A stretch of DNA of 64,000 bases, taken from Eledone cirrhosa. Taxonomy: Eukaryota. The notes under the pieces are model-generated. The model was not told where the DNA came from. It searched no databases and worked only from the letters and a program-made list of their open reading frames with translations. The stretch is from the NCBI GenBank assembly GCA_964016885.1, contig OZ024740.1, positions 115,506,001-115,570,000 of the forward strand. Direction: 5' to 3'. Below are positions 1 through 12,535 of this stretch, piece after piece (within the stretch, counting starts at the first letter, position 1; each line of letters starts with the position of its first letter). The position numbers and the translations under genes were made by a program.

Positions 1-1
1 C

Positions 2-280
2 AGAAGACCGGACAAATCAAACCAGACAACACTCGCCTCCTACGTTTGGGACCTCAAAAGGAACTCCACCCCCTTCACGCTTAAATGGAAAATACTCCAG
101 AAAGCGCGCTCTTACAACGGAGGACACAAGGGCTGCGACCTTTGTATTTCAGAGAGCTACGAAATTTTATTCGCCAAGGGCCCGCTACTGAACAAACTCT
201 CTGAACACTGCCCGAACTGCATGCACAAGAACTTTGCAACTTTCAAACACTTTAAGCCAGTGTTAAAGCCCGATGGCTAA
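2..280 (+). pseudogene. C-terminal end of Penelope-like element GIY-YIG endonuclease (Hydra-like type), runs off window start
   Basis: Frame 2 reads ...QTTLASYVWDLKRNSTPFTLKWKILQKARSYNGGHKGCDLCISESYEIL...LLNKLSEHCPNCMHK...*. Same TxL/W-LK/W-IL/CxLC/LLN/CxH pattern as the EN domains at 7.2, 30.1, 40.8 and 49.0 kb. Confidence 0.85.
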
Positions 281-454
281 AAACGACCTCCTCCTATTGG
301 CCCCTATACCTCCTTCCCACCCTACCCCCACCCCTCCTCAACCTGAAATACGGCCACTATGGTTATGTGAGTACCTCTTACCTATCTACATTTTCTGCCT
401 GTAGAGGTGTTTTTATGTGCCTGCGTATATGCGTATATTTATTGAGTACTTATT

Positions 455-882
<428 letters not shown>

Positions 883-1005
883 TATTGTTATACTTTGGGA
901 GGGTCATGTTGCCAATAAGAAATACACGCACCAGTTGCTTTCACTTCAATTTATTATATATTTATAAATTTACAAATTTACAAATTTACAAACTTATAAT
1001 AGTTC

Positions 1006-1305
1006 ATTAAGTTTTTGTTTAAGTCTACTGTCCCACCATACCATGAATAAGTTAGCTATGTCGCCTGCAATGCTAACACCAATGGCTGCTCCTTCCTCTT
1101 GGGCATATGTTTTACCATTAAATTTGAACATATGTTCCTTAAGGGTTAATTTTATGCTGGCCCCTACCGCATGTGCAATCATTTTCTTCAGTTCATCGTG
1201 GTTTTCGGGTGTCCGTATGGCTCTGGTCCACCCGTTCCATCTATCTGTGTGGGTTTTCTTGGCCATTGAGGTAATGGTAGGTGGTCTGCCTCTTGCTGGT
1301 CTTTT
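1006..1305 (-). pseudogene. PLE reverse transcriptase fragment (motif B' region; Nematis-like, tentative)
   Basis: EHMFKFNGKTYAQEEGAAIGVSIAGDIANLFMVWWD matches the PLE F.FNG..Y.Q..G...G...AN.FM pattern. Confidence 0.8.
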
Positions 1306-1642
1306 AAAACCAAAATTAAATAGAAAATATGAGTGGAACAGCAACATCACAACTTACAATTAAGGACAAAATGAAAACACACACACACATAGAACAAACA
1401 ACTTACAATTAAGGACAAAATGAAAACACACACAGGACAAAATGGACACACACACACACATAGAACAAACAACCAACCAACAATAAATAAATAAATAAAT
1501 AAACAAATAGATAAATGAACACAAACACACACAGACACCCGGATGTGGCGCATGCGCAAACTGAGCACACAACACACACACAGAAACAAAATGGCGTAGG
1601 ATAGAAGAAAGGAAAGGCACAGAAACAAAGAAAGGAATCCCC

Positions 1643-1687
1643 AGTCACTGAAGAGGTCACAGAGTGTGTGACGAAAGGACTATGACT
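1643..1687 (+). ncRNA. minimal type I hammerhead ribozyme motif
   Basis: AGTCA-CTGAAGA-G-GTCACA(gagtg)TGTGAC-GAAA-G(ga)C-TA-TGACT: 5-bp stem I, 6-bp stem II, CUA site. Confidence 0.8.
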
Positions 1688-1918
1688 ATATATAAACAAC
1701 TATCTGGTTGTGGAACCAACCAACCAACCAGAAATTTATAAATTTATAAGTTTGTAAATTTGTAAATTTGTAAATGTATAAATATATAATAAATTGAAGT
1801 GAAAGCAACTGGTGCGTGTGTTTCTTATTGGCAACATGACCCTCCCAAAGTATAACAATATCGGTTTCAACACACGATTTCAGATAAAGAATCTTGCTAA
1901 ACAAATTCAGAAACGAAA

Positions 1919-1973
1919 TATATATATATATATATATGTATATATGTGTGTGTATTTATGTGTGTGTGTGTGC

Positions 1974-2016
<43 letters not shown>

Positions 2017-2206
2017 AGTGTGTATCTATATTTGTGTGTGTGTATGTGTGTATGCGTATATATATGTATATATATATGTGTGTATATATGCGTATATGTG
2101 TATGTATATATGCGTATATATATGTATATGTCTGTGTATGTATATGTATATATATATATATATGCATGTGTATATGTGTGTGTATGTGTATATATGTGTT
2201 TATGTG

Positions 2207-2244
<38 letters not shown>

Positions 2245-2292
2245 TATGTATGTATGTATGTGTGTATGTGTGTATGTATATGTGTGTGTATG

Positions 2293-2323
<31 letters not shown>

Positions 2324-2378
2324 ATGTGTATATATGTGTGTATGTGTGTGTATGTGTGTATATATATATATATGTGTG

Positions 2379-2415
<37 letters not shown>

Positions 2416-2456
2416 GTATGTATGTATATGTGTATGTATATGTGTATATATGTATA

Positions 2457-2515
<59 letters not shown>

Positions 2516-2744
2516 GTGTATGTGTATGTATATATATATGTGTGTGTTTGTATATATATATATATATATATATAGATGTGTGTACGTATATGTGTGTGTG
2601 TGTATATGTATGTGTGTGTATATATATATATATTTATATTTATGTATGTGTGTGTATGTGTGTGTGTATATGTATGTGTATGTATGTATATGTATATGTA
2701 TTTGTATGTATATGTATATATATATATATATGTGTATATATATG

Positions 2745-2780
<36 letters not shown>

Positions 2781-2826
2781 TATATGTACATATGTATTTG
2801 TATGTGTATGTGTATGTATGTGTATG

Positions 2827-2857
<31 letters not shown>

Positions 2858-2956
2858 GAATATATGTATGAATGGTGTATCTCTATATATATATATATAA
2901 ATATATGTATGTATGGTGTATGTGTGTGTATATATATGTATGTGTGTATGTATATG

Positions 2957-3015
<59 letters not shown>

Positions 3016-3068
3016 ATATATATATATATACACATGTATATATGTGTGTATGTATGTGTGTGTGTGTG

Positions 3069-3127
<59 letters not shown>
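1919..3127. repeat. long compound (TA)n/(TG)n microsatellite
   Basis: Directly visible. Confidence 0.98.
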
Positions 3128-3133
<6 letters not shown>

Positions 3134-3194
3134 AATATTAAAAAAATAATGAATAAAACAATGAAACAGTTCCTTATATTAAACAAAAAAAGTT

Positions 3195-3345
3195 CATTAT
3201 TTAACGATCGTTTCTAGGATATATATGTGTTAGAATTGGCATGCATATTCAACAGATCTATGTACAAAATTATACAAAATTATACAAACTATCAAGATTA
3301 AATATACATACCAAACACACATATATGCCGTCTTCAGAAATAATG
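3195..3345 (-). ncRNA. type I hammerhead motif with long stem II (minus-strand arm)
   Basis: Reverse strand: CATTATTT-CTGAAGA...GAAA-CGATCG-TT-AAATAATG, 8-bp stem I. Confidence 0.7.
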
Positions 3346-3347
3346 GC

Positions 3348-3494
3348 TTATTTCTGAAGACGGCATATATGTGTGTTTGGTATGTATATTTAATCTTGAT
3401 AGTTAGTATAATTTTGTATAATTTTGTACATAGATCTGTTGAATATGCATGCCAATTCTAACACATATATATCCTAGAAACGATCGTTAAATAA
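3348..3494 (+). ncRNA. type I hammerhead motif with 116-nt stem II region
   Basis: TTATTT-CTGAAGA-CGGCATATATGTGT...ACACATATATATCCTA-GAAA-CGATCG-TT-AAATAA. Confidence 0.7.
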
Positions 3495-3692
3495 TGAACT
3501 TTTTTTGTTTAATATAAGGAACTGTTTCATTGTTTTATTCATTATTTTTTTAATATTTTATCTTGACTCTGTATTCCGTTTATCTTTCACCGAAAGTGAT
3601 TTTTCATTGCATCTCTTCTTTCCATGATATCCGGAATACATTGAGTTCTTCATACGGATTGGACACTACCGTAAACTCTTGGTAGATTTATC

Positions 3693-3790
<98 letters not shown>

Positions 3791-4499
3791 TATTTATATG
3801 TGTGTGTGTGTTTTTATGTGTGTATATGTGTATGTGTGTTTATGGTTGCGCGCGAGTGTGTGAGTGAGTGTGTTTTGTGAATGTGTCTGTTGATTTTTGG
3901 CATATAGTTGAATAGTTTAAGAGAAATTTGAAGATAATTGTAAGATATGCACTCAATATTTTGAATTTGTCTACAGAATTCTCTAAACCTTTGTCACTTA
4001 GTAGAACCTTAATGAATTTAGCTTTTAAAGAATCTCCCTTTCCTTTAAATCTATCTACCATGACTGACCCCCCACTGATCTTATAGACACCTGTTAGCTT
4101 AAGAGAAACTTAATAACAAGGAGTGGCATGCCATCCTGAACCTGTTTATAGAATTCTGTCTGCCTTTGTTACTCTAAAAACAAAAATAAATAAAAATAAA
4201 CTATAGCTTTGTAGAATTAGCTTTTAATGAATTCCCTTTTCTATCAAACAATGACCTACACCCATCCCACTCCCCACCCTCTCCTACTACTTGTAGATAC
4301 CTATAAATACCCAGATTCCTGATGATTTCTAAAGAATGAAACAGTTCTAGTCCTATAGAATCTCATCTACCCCCCACTCTCCTGAGCGTGAATTTAATAA
4401 ACATTTGTCGTACTGCCTCTCTGTTCTGTCCCTGTTCAATTTTTCATTATATATATATATATATATATGTATGTCTATATATATATATATATATATGTA

Positions 4500-4633
<134 letters not shown>

Positions 4634-4778
4634 GGGAAGAAAGAGGAATACTGCGTGGTTGCACATGGGTTACATATTATAAAATTAGTCCCTCGTCATT
4701 GATTTGCCAACCATCATTGGTATTTCATCGCATTGAAAATCATATACCTCATATATATATATATATACTTGTGTATAA

Positions 4779-5272
4779 TGGTAGCTATGGTGCTTCCATA
4801 GGCGGTATGCCAAAATTAGCACACAATATTCATACAGAGTAGAGTGTGGATAGTATAAAATAACGAAAAATCAGTGATGCATCTGCACTCAGTTTATTGC
4901 GTGTTACAATTGTTTCGCCGACAGATAGCTCTAGAAATGATCATCGTATGGATCTGGCTGATTCTACGGCTGCAGGTTCCTTCGGACACAGGTAGTTCGT
5001 TCGGAGCAAATTTTCTCACTGGCGTGTTATCGTAAAAAAAAACACCTTCAAAAAACATATTCCACTCTTGTCAAGGTGTTTTTTTTTTACGATAACACTC
5101 CAGTGAGAAAATTTGCTCCGAACGAACTACCCGTGTCCGAAGGAACCTGCAGCCGTAGAATCAGCCAGATCCATACAGTGATCATGTCTCGAGCTACTTG
5201 CCGGCGAAACAATTGTAACACGCAATAAACTGAGTCCAGATGCATCACTGATTTTTCGTTTTTTTATACTAT
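4779..5272. mobile_element. Fold-back HHR-like element (arms ~4850-5048 / ~5073-5272) with left tail
   Basis: ~200-bp inverted repeat. Tail TGGTAGCTA..GCTTCCATAGGCGGTATGC is shared with 42121-42270 and 57241-57490. Confidence 0.8.
5132..5222 (+). ncRNA. variant hammerhead-like motif (CCGAAGG core)
   Basis: CGTGT-CCGAAGG-ACCTGCAG...CTTGCCGGC-GAAA-CAATTG-TA-ACACG. Mirror copy at 4900-4990 (-). Confidence 0.55.
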
Positions 5273-5280
5273 ATATATAG

Positions 5281-5311
<31 letters not shown>

Positions 5312-5707
5312 GTGGGGTGTATATATATGTATGTATGTGTGTGTACGATATATATATATACATGCAAACATATATATATATTTATATATGTGTGTGAGTG
5401 TGTACATGAGTATGTGTTTTAGTGACTGCCGGAATGTATATGGCTGTCTGGCATGTTTCTGTGTTTGTGTGTATAGTGTCCAGGATGGATAACATGTATT
5501 TATTTAAGAGAGAAGAAATCATAACAATTACCTTTTGAGAAAAAATATTCAAGTCAAATTAAAACATCATCTTCCGTTATATAGCATTTATTGAGTTTTA
5601 ATGTATTTTAAAACTTTTGTCACTTGTAATGACATATTCAAAATAATATCGACTCACAAAACAAAAACACAAGCAGCACATAGCACACACACACACGCAC
5701 ACACGCA

Positions 5708-5753
<46 letters not shown>

Positions 5754-5909
5754 CACAAAAAACATATATACACATATACTATATATATATATATACTCAC
5801 ACCAAGATATATATAAACATATATATGATATGCGTGTATATATATATATATAAAATATATGTATGCATATATGGTTTTCTATGTACACTCACACACATAC
5901 AAACACACG

Positions 5910-6250
<341 letters not shown>

Positions 6251-6509
6251 TGTTTTGGAACAAACATTCCGTTAGTTTTCGGCATTATTAACATTATTTA
6301 ACACGTTATCCAATAACAGCAGCTTCATTTGATTTTCTGTGAGAATGCCCGGCATCATCAACAATAACAGCAACAACAAAGCTGGAAATGATAAATTTCT
6401 CATGTTTGCCATCAGCTAATAATAATTCGTATTAGATAACGGCTGGGTAGGTTTTCTATTTCTAAATATTTACGCCTGAATAAATATTGAGGTTGTTATT
6501 GTAAAAATG

Positions 6510-6619
6510 GAGGAGGAGAAGAAGAAGAAGAAGAAGAAGAAGAAGAAGAAGAAGAAGAAGAAGAAGAAGAAGAAGAAGAAGAAGAAGAAGAAGAAGAAGA
6601 AGAAGAAGAAGAAGAAGAA
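6510..6619. repeat. (GAA)n microsatellite
   Basis: Directly visible. Confidence 0.98.
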
Positions 6620-6831
6620 ATGAGATTCGCTTTAGGCTATATAATTAAGTAAAAATTAGCCGTAAATTACTAATGTTTTAATCACCACCGCAATAGTTTT
6701 GAGTTGGTGTTCTTGTAATGGATGGCGTTCAAATAGATAGCTATATTGAATTTAATGTGTGTCTGTATGTATCTGTGTGTGTCTGTGTGTGCCAACATTA
6801 TATGTGAATACGAAGAACTATGTATTTGTAT

Positions 6832-6986
6832 AGGTGGTGCATTGATAGACTCGTTAGAATATCGGATAGACTGGTTGGAGTTATTTGTTCTGGTTCTTTA
6901 CGGTTTCAGTTCAAATACCACCGAGGTAAACTTTGCCTTCCATCCTTTCCGAATCATAAAAATAGTACGAGTCAATTCTAGGATCG
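6832..6986 (+). mobile_element. diverged tRNA-type SINE
   Basis: GTTCAAATACCACCGAGGTAAACTTTGCCTTCCATCC resembles the core of the SINE at 11851-12040. Confidence 0.7.
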
Positions 6987-7535
6987 ATAATTTCTTACTC
7001 TACGACTCCTAATCTTGCACATAACAACACAACTTCAAATTTAGCTAAACTACCTTGCGGTAGGAACACGTGCAACCCTGTAGTTAGTACTAACTGTAAT
7101 TGTAGGAATCGGGTTGATTGCCCTCTATCCGGGAAATGCCTCTCTAGTAACATTGTCTACAAATGTAAGGTTGAAACACCCACGTCCCGTAAGGCCTACA
7201 TAGGGTTAACCGCCAATAGATTCAAGCAGCGTCTTTACATGCATACCCATTCTTTTCGTTACCCTCTAAGGAGGAATATGACGTCACTTTCAGCTTATAT
7301 CTGGAGTCTAAAAGACAACCACACCCAATATAAGTTACACTGGGAGATCCTAGCTAGGGCTAGATCGTATAACGGAAATAAAAGACCATGTGACCTCTGC
7401 GCCGCTGAGGCCCTGGAAATACTCTACGCCACAGACCACATCTTAAACAAAAAATATGAGGAAATTTCGGCTTGTAAACATAAATTGCACAAAACTTTCC
7501 TATATTACAGCCCCACATTATACCCTAACGGTTAG
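6987..7535 (+). pseudogene. 5'-truncated PLE ORF: CxC linker plus GIY-YIG endonuclease (Hydra-like)
   Basis: ISYSTTPNL...NCNCRNRVDCPLSGKCLSSNIVYKCKVE...AYIGLTANRFKQR...CDLC...LNKKYEEISACKHK*. 3' UTR extends to ~8541. Confidence 0.9.
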
Positions 7536-8121
7536 TACGATCTATACGTGGATATTTTACGTCTTGATGTGGTAGCTAAGTATATGTTATGTTTATACCA
7601 TTACTTATTTGCATAGGTAAGTATATATTACCTGTATGTTTTGCGAAGGTACGTATACTTTCTCATACGTATATTTGATTGTATATGTTATGGCGTATAT
7701 TTTTATATTCTGGTACATATGCTTTTGGTTATGTGTATACGGGAGTTTTGCGTCTGTGTGAGTATGCGGGTTCGTACGTATGTTGGATGTGTGTATATGT
7801 GTACTTCATGTTTTGGTTGACGTAGTCTCCGAACATTTGTGTATTTACATGTAGGTATGTGTGTGCGCTTGTTATATACGTATTTATTTATTTATATACG
7901 TTTATGTAATTACTTATTTATTTGTATACATGCACATACACACACATATTTATATGTGCGTGGTTTGTATACCTATGGCGAGTGTTTTCGCGTATGCTTG
8001 TGTATATACGTATTTGGATGCGTGTATGTATTTATTTAATATCAATTACCTCTGTATTGTATTTTATTTACTTTATTCTTAACTCTGTAGCGGAGATTCA
8101 TTCGGATTCCTAGTTAGAATT

Positions 8122-8392
8122 TTAGTCTACAACTTCAGCTATACCATTTACGTGGTTTTGTCTTTGCGTGCAATTGTTCTCCACGATCCACATATGACGT
8201 ATTATCTTCGTTTTTTCCGTTCATTGCCAGAGAACGTCTCTATGAACCACCTAAGAGAACATTAGTCTACGACTTCTTTTATACCATAAACGTGGTTCTG
8301 TCTTTGCGTGTAATTGTTTTTCACCGCTCCTATTAATGACGTAATATATTCCTTTTTTCCCGTTCTATGCCAGGGAACGTTTCCACGAACCA
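8122..8392 (+). repeat. two diverged ~135-bp tandem copies in PLE 3' UTR
   Basis: TAGTCTAC.ACTTC...CGTGGTT.TGTCTTTGCGTG.AATTG...GAACCA occurs twice. Confidence 0.8.
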
Positions 8393-8470
8393 AAGTATTG
8401 TCTTCCTGCTTTTCTCCGGTTGCAACGTTTTTTGAAATATCTACTTCTGCGTTTACAGATTGACTTTGTT

Positions 8471-8521
8471 AGTTTCAGAAGATCCCGTTAAGGGTGAAAG
8501 CAGCGATTCTTTGCTTAAACT
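8471..8521 (+). ncRNA. hammerhead-like motif (CAGAAGA core) at PLE 3' end
   Basis: AGTTT-CAGAAGA-TCCC(gttaa)GGGT-GAAA-GCA...TGC-TT-AAACT. Confidence 0.6.
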
Positions 8522-8537
8522 TTAATCTGTTATTTTA

Positions 8538-8599
<62 letters not shown>

Positions 8600-8600
<1 letters not shown>

Positions 8601-9424
8601 GTTCCCAGGAAATTTTTGAAATTACTAAATCGAAGGACACTTTATTAAATAAAAGACAAGAATTAATTTTAGTATGTAACCATAAAATTATAAGGACATT
8701 CAAATATTATAAATACAACTAAACAAATATAGAAAAAGATATAGGTAAATAAATGTGAGTATATGCGTGTGTGTGAATATGTATATCTGTGTGTGTATAT
8801 GTATGTATATGCATAAATGTATGTCTATATATAAGCATGTGTAACTATACATGTGTATATATATTTTTTTTATATTATATATTTTTAGAACAAATTATTC
8901 CTCTCAACAAAAAAATAACAAACATTTTAAGATTGTTCTATTCCATTCTACTTGATGTAACACACTAATCTCAGTACCTCTCCTCCTCCAACCGTAATCT
9001 TCTTTGACCATCAATACTTTTATATACAATATGTCTAAACTCATTTACACTAACAACTCTCGTTTCTTTTCTTAAAAGACATTTGATACCTTATCCACTG
9101 ATGGCCTATTTATTCATCTACTACCACCAATCTTAAGGATTTATACTGCCCCTTTCCATTCTTAACAATGGTCAATTTCAACCTGGTTATAAAACCTTAC
9201 TTATTCATATGTATGGTTTTTTTGTATTCTTCAATAAACAAAACTCATTATTTCTGAAGACGGCGGGTAGTGAAGACGTATGTATTTTTTTCTCACTATG
9301 ATATTTTGTAATATGTTTTACATAGATCAATAATTGAATGAACATACAGAGAACTACCCCCCAGAAACGATCGTAAAATAATGTGTTTTACTATGAATTA
9401 ACAGTTTTGTGTTTAATTTCATTG

Positions 9425-9430
<6 letters not shown>
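8600..9430 (+). mobile_element. PLE 3' end: last EN codons, 3' UTR and HHR
   Basis: 8606-8722 reads QEIFEITKSKDTLLNKRQELILVCNHKIIRTFKYYKYN*. HHR at 9246-9383. (TA)n on both sides. Confidence 0.8.
9246..9383 (+). ncRNA. type I hammerhead motif with 103-nt stem II region
   Basis: CATTATTT-CTGAAGA-CGGCGGGTAGT...ACTACCCCCCA-GAAA-CGATCG-TA-AAATAATG, GUA site. Confidence 0.75.
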
Positions 9431-9455
<25 letters not shown>

Positions 9456-9574
9456 TCAGGGAAATAGTTGAGGACACAAATAGATACAGGTGCGTGATTT
9501 TTTTTTTTTTTTTTTTTTTTGTTAAGATGTTCGGTCTGCATATCTACTAAGTTTAAAGTTACATTTTATGCCCA

Positions 9575-9934
9575 ATTTGCATATCGAGTGGGCTAATCGG
9601 CCGGGTGCACCGAAAACGATAAACGGAAAAAATGAAACGAAATTTCATTTCCCACTCTTAGTACGGCTGTTACTTAAATATAAGTATGTATACGTACATA
9701 CATATATGTATACAGACGTACAGTAGTATGTATATATATATACATACATGCACACATATATATATGTACGTATGGATTCACCAAACATTTATTATAATGC
9801 TCGGTGTGTTTGTAAACAAACATCCCGTATCAAGCCGTGGTGTCTAGCAACCACCGTTGCTCGTTTGTTCAACACATATATATATACATACTACTGTACG
9901 TCTGTATACATATATGTATGTACGTATACATACT

Positions 9935-9966
<32 letters not shown>

Positions 9967-11061
9967 AACACCCACAAATTTATATACTGTCATATATATA
10001 TGCCTGTGTGATTGTTTGTGTATGCGTGTTTGTATGTGTGTGGAAGTGTCTGTCTAAACACATATCATATCGGTACACAACAACAATGAGCTCGGGAAGG
10101 ATACGCTTGCCTTGAAAGAAATAGCAGTCAAATCTTCTACAAATCACAAACATCATATATAAGGAGAAAACACATCACGTAATACAGTCCGAGTCCGATA
10201 AAAATAAAAAAAGGGCATCGTTAGTCCTCATTTAGGATTGATATTGGGCTAAACAAGAACAAAACCAACCGCCACTGCAGTGTCTGTCAACTGTTGTGTA
10301 TGTTTCTGTATAAGTGCACATGCAAACACAACCATTAAAGTACACTTATGTAAAAACACACACAACCATCAACAGACATTGCTGCCTCTATATTTCTACT
10401 TCTTCTTTAGCCCCAGATCAACCCTAAACCAGGACCAACGAGGCCATTCCTAGTTTTTATGGGTATGCCGAACCGTATTATTACAAATTGCATTCTGACC
10501 TTATATAATATGTGTCACTTGTGAGAAATTTGACTGCTATTTCTTTCATGTCGAGCGGCCACATAGAGTTTACATCCCAAGCTCATTGTTTGTTTTCTTT
10601 TTACTGTTTAATAAGAAAAGGTAAAACAGTGCCCAGGTAGTTTTCAGAGGTCTCAAAACTGATGGTAGAGAAGGAAGAGGGTATCATCACACCGAAGGAC
10701 TGGTCCGAATGTTTGCAATAGAATGGAGTTCGCTAAAGGTTCTCAAGAGACATCTGGCGTTGTTAAACCGAATTACAGATTATACTACCTATATAGGCCA
10801 CAGCGAGATTTGTACCCAGAACGCAAAAGTAACAGCTTAAATATTCTAACCGTTTTACCAATCCATCATTCGCCCTGGACAGCTAATATATTTTCTGGAT
10901 ATGAAAAGACAAAAAAACAAATTTGACTTCGGCAGAATTTGTGCCTAGAACGCAGAAAGCCAGAACAAATACCACTCTAATGACTGTCTTTGCAGAGGCT
11001 ATTGAAGGCAATGAATGATAGTATTGGTGGAGTGCTAGACAAGGTCATATTTGATATATTG

Positions 11062-11118
<57 letters not shown>

Positions 11119-11735
11119 TACGTACATACACATATGTATACAGACGTACAGTAGTATGTATATATATATACATACATGCACACATATATATATGCATGTA
11201 TCGGTTTACCGAACATTTATTATAATGCTCGGTTTGTTTGTTTGTAAACAAACAAACAGCCCGAATTACGCTGTACAGTGTTTAGGCAACCACGTCACCT
11301 TTTTGTTCAACACAGGAAAGTATATACTTTCAGACGTTCAACCATCTAGCAGGAATGTATACGATGCTGACGATAGCTAATAAGCTTGAAACTAGTACAT
11401 CGTTCCTGTGTCAGTGTTGAACAGAAAGGTGACGTGGTTGCCTAAACACTGTACGGCGTAATTCGGGCTGTTTGTTTGTTTACAAACAAACAAACCGAGC
11501 ATTATAATAAATGTTCGGTAAACCGATACGTGCATATATATATGTGTGCATGTATGTATATATATATACATACTCCTGTACGTCTGTATACATATGTGTA
11601 TGTACGTATACATACATGCATACTTACATTTAAGTAAGTGACGTACTAAGAGTGAGAAATGAAATTTCGTTTCATTCTATTCCATTTATCGTTTTCGGTG
11701 CGCCCGGCCCACTGAACTCACTCGATATGCAAATT
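9575..11735. mobile_element. MITE/fold-back-like repeat family, three copies (~9575-9875 +, ~11115-11315 +, ~11415-11735 -)
   Basis: Shared CAGACGTACAGTAGTATG...CATTTATTATAATGCTCGGT...TTGTTCAACACA block in direct and inverted orientation. Confidence 0.7.
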
Positions 11736-11794
11736 AGAGTAGAATTCTGGCCATCAATTTATCATTGTTGGGCGAAAACCGTTGATGAAGTCAC

Positions 11795-12091
11795 ATATCC
11801 TGATGGTGCATTGTTGCATAATATATGCGGACATTATATATGCGGACATAGGGCGGTGGATTGGCAGTATCGGTGGAGGGTCGGACGCCATGCTTTGCAG
11901 CATAGTTACGTCTCTTTACGATCTGAGTTCAAATCCCGCCGAGGTTGACTTTGCCTTTCATCCTTACGGGGTCGATAAAATAAAGTACCAGTAATGCACT
12001 GGGTAATTGCTGGCCTTGTGCCTAAAGTAGAAACAATTATATATGCGGACATACTGCTGCATTAAAGTGTTGCCGAAACTCGAGTTGATTT
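11795..12091 (+). ncRNA. decayed hammerhead motif interrupted by a SINE
   Basis: ATATC-CTGATGG...[SINE]...GTGTTGCC-GAAA-CTCGAG-TT-GATTT. Confidence 0.45.
11851..12040 (+). mobile_element. tRNA-type SINE with 18-nt target-site duplication
   Basis: B-box-like GAGTTCAAATCCC. ATTATATATGCGGACATA at 11833-11850 and 12036-12053. Close relatives at 56298-56602. Confidence 0.85.
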
Positions 12092-12236
12092 CTGGATCAA
12101 TTGAAGGTACCCGTTTACGTGCGCTGTATCGAAGCGAATAACTATGTGTATACTCTGGGAGTTTATTTAACATTACCTATTGAATACGCTGAGATGCATG
12201 AGGTCCTAACAGTGATACCCCTGCTAGTTCCGTCAA

Positions 12237-12304
<68 letters not shown>

Positions 12305-12433
12305 GACAGGGGGGAAGAAAAAATTATTTTTGGATTTTGTGAAGAAAATAAATTTGTTGAAAGCACAAGTTAAGCCATTTTTTCTTCCCCCCTGTCTTAA
12401 TATACCTAACTGTACCAAGGATTACACACATTT

Positions 12434-12471
<38 letters not shown>

Positions 12472-12485
12472 TATATATACATACC

Positions 12486-12535
<50 letters not shown>

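Larger units (their letters stand above)
883..1918 (+). mobile_element. Rearranged PLE insertion: inverted arm, inverted RT fragment, ORF end with pseudo-LTR, tail
   Basis: Inverted repeats ~883-999 / ~1744-1860. ORF end LNRKYEWNSN* at ~1316-1363. HHR at 1643-1687. Related to 50221-50986. Confidence 0.8.
3132..3696. mobile_element. Fold-back PLE pseudo-LTR (palindrome ~3132-3343 / 3348-3560) plus tail
   Basis: Near-perfect ~210-bp inverted repeat with a 4-nt spacer (TGGC). HHR in each arm. Flanked by (TA)n. Confidence 0.85.
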
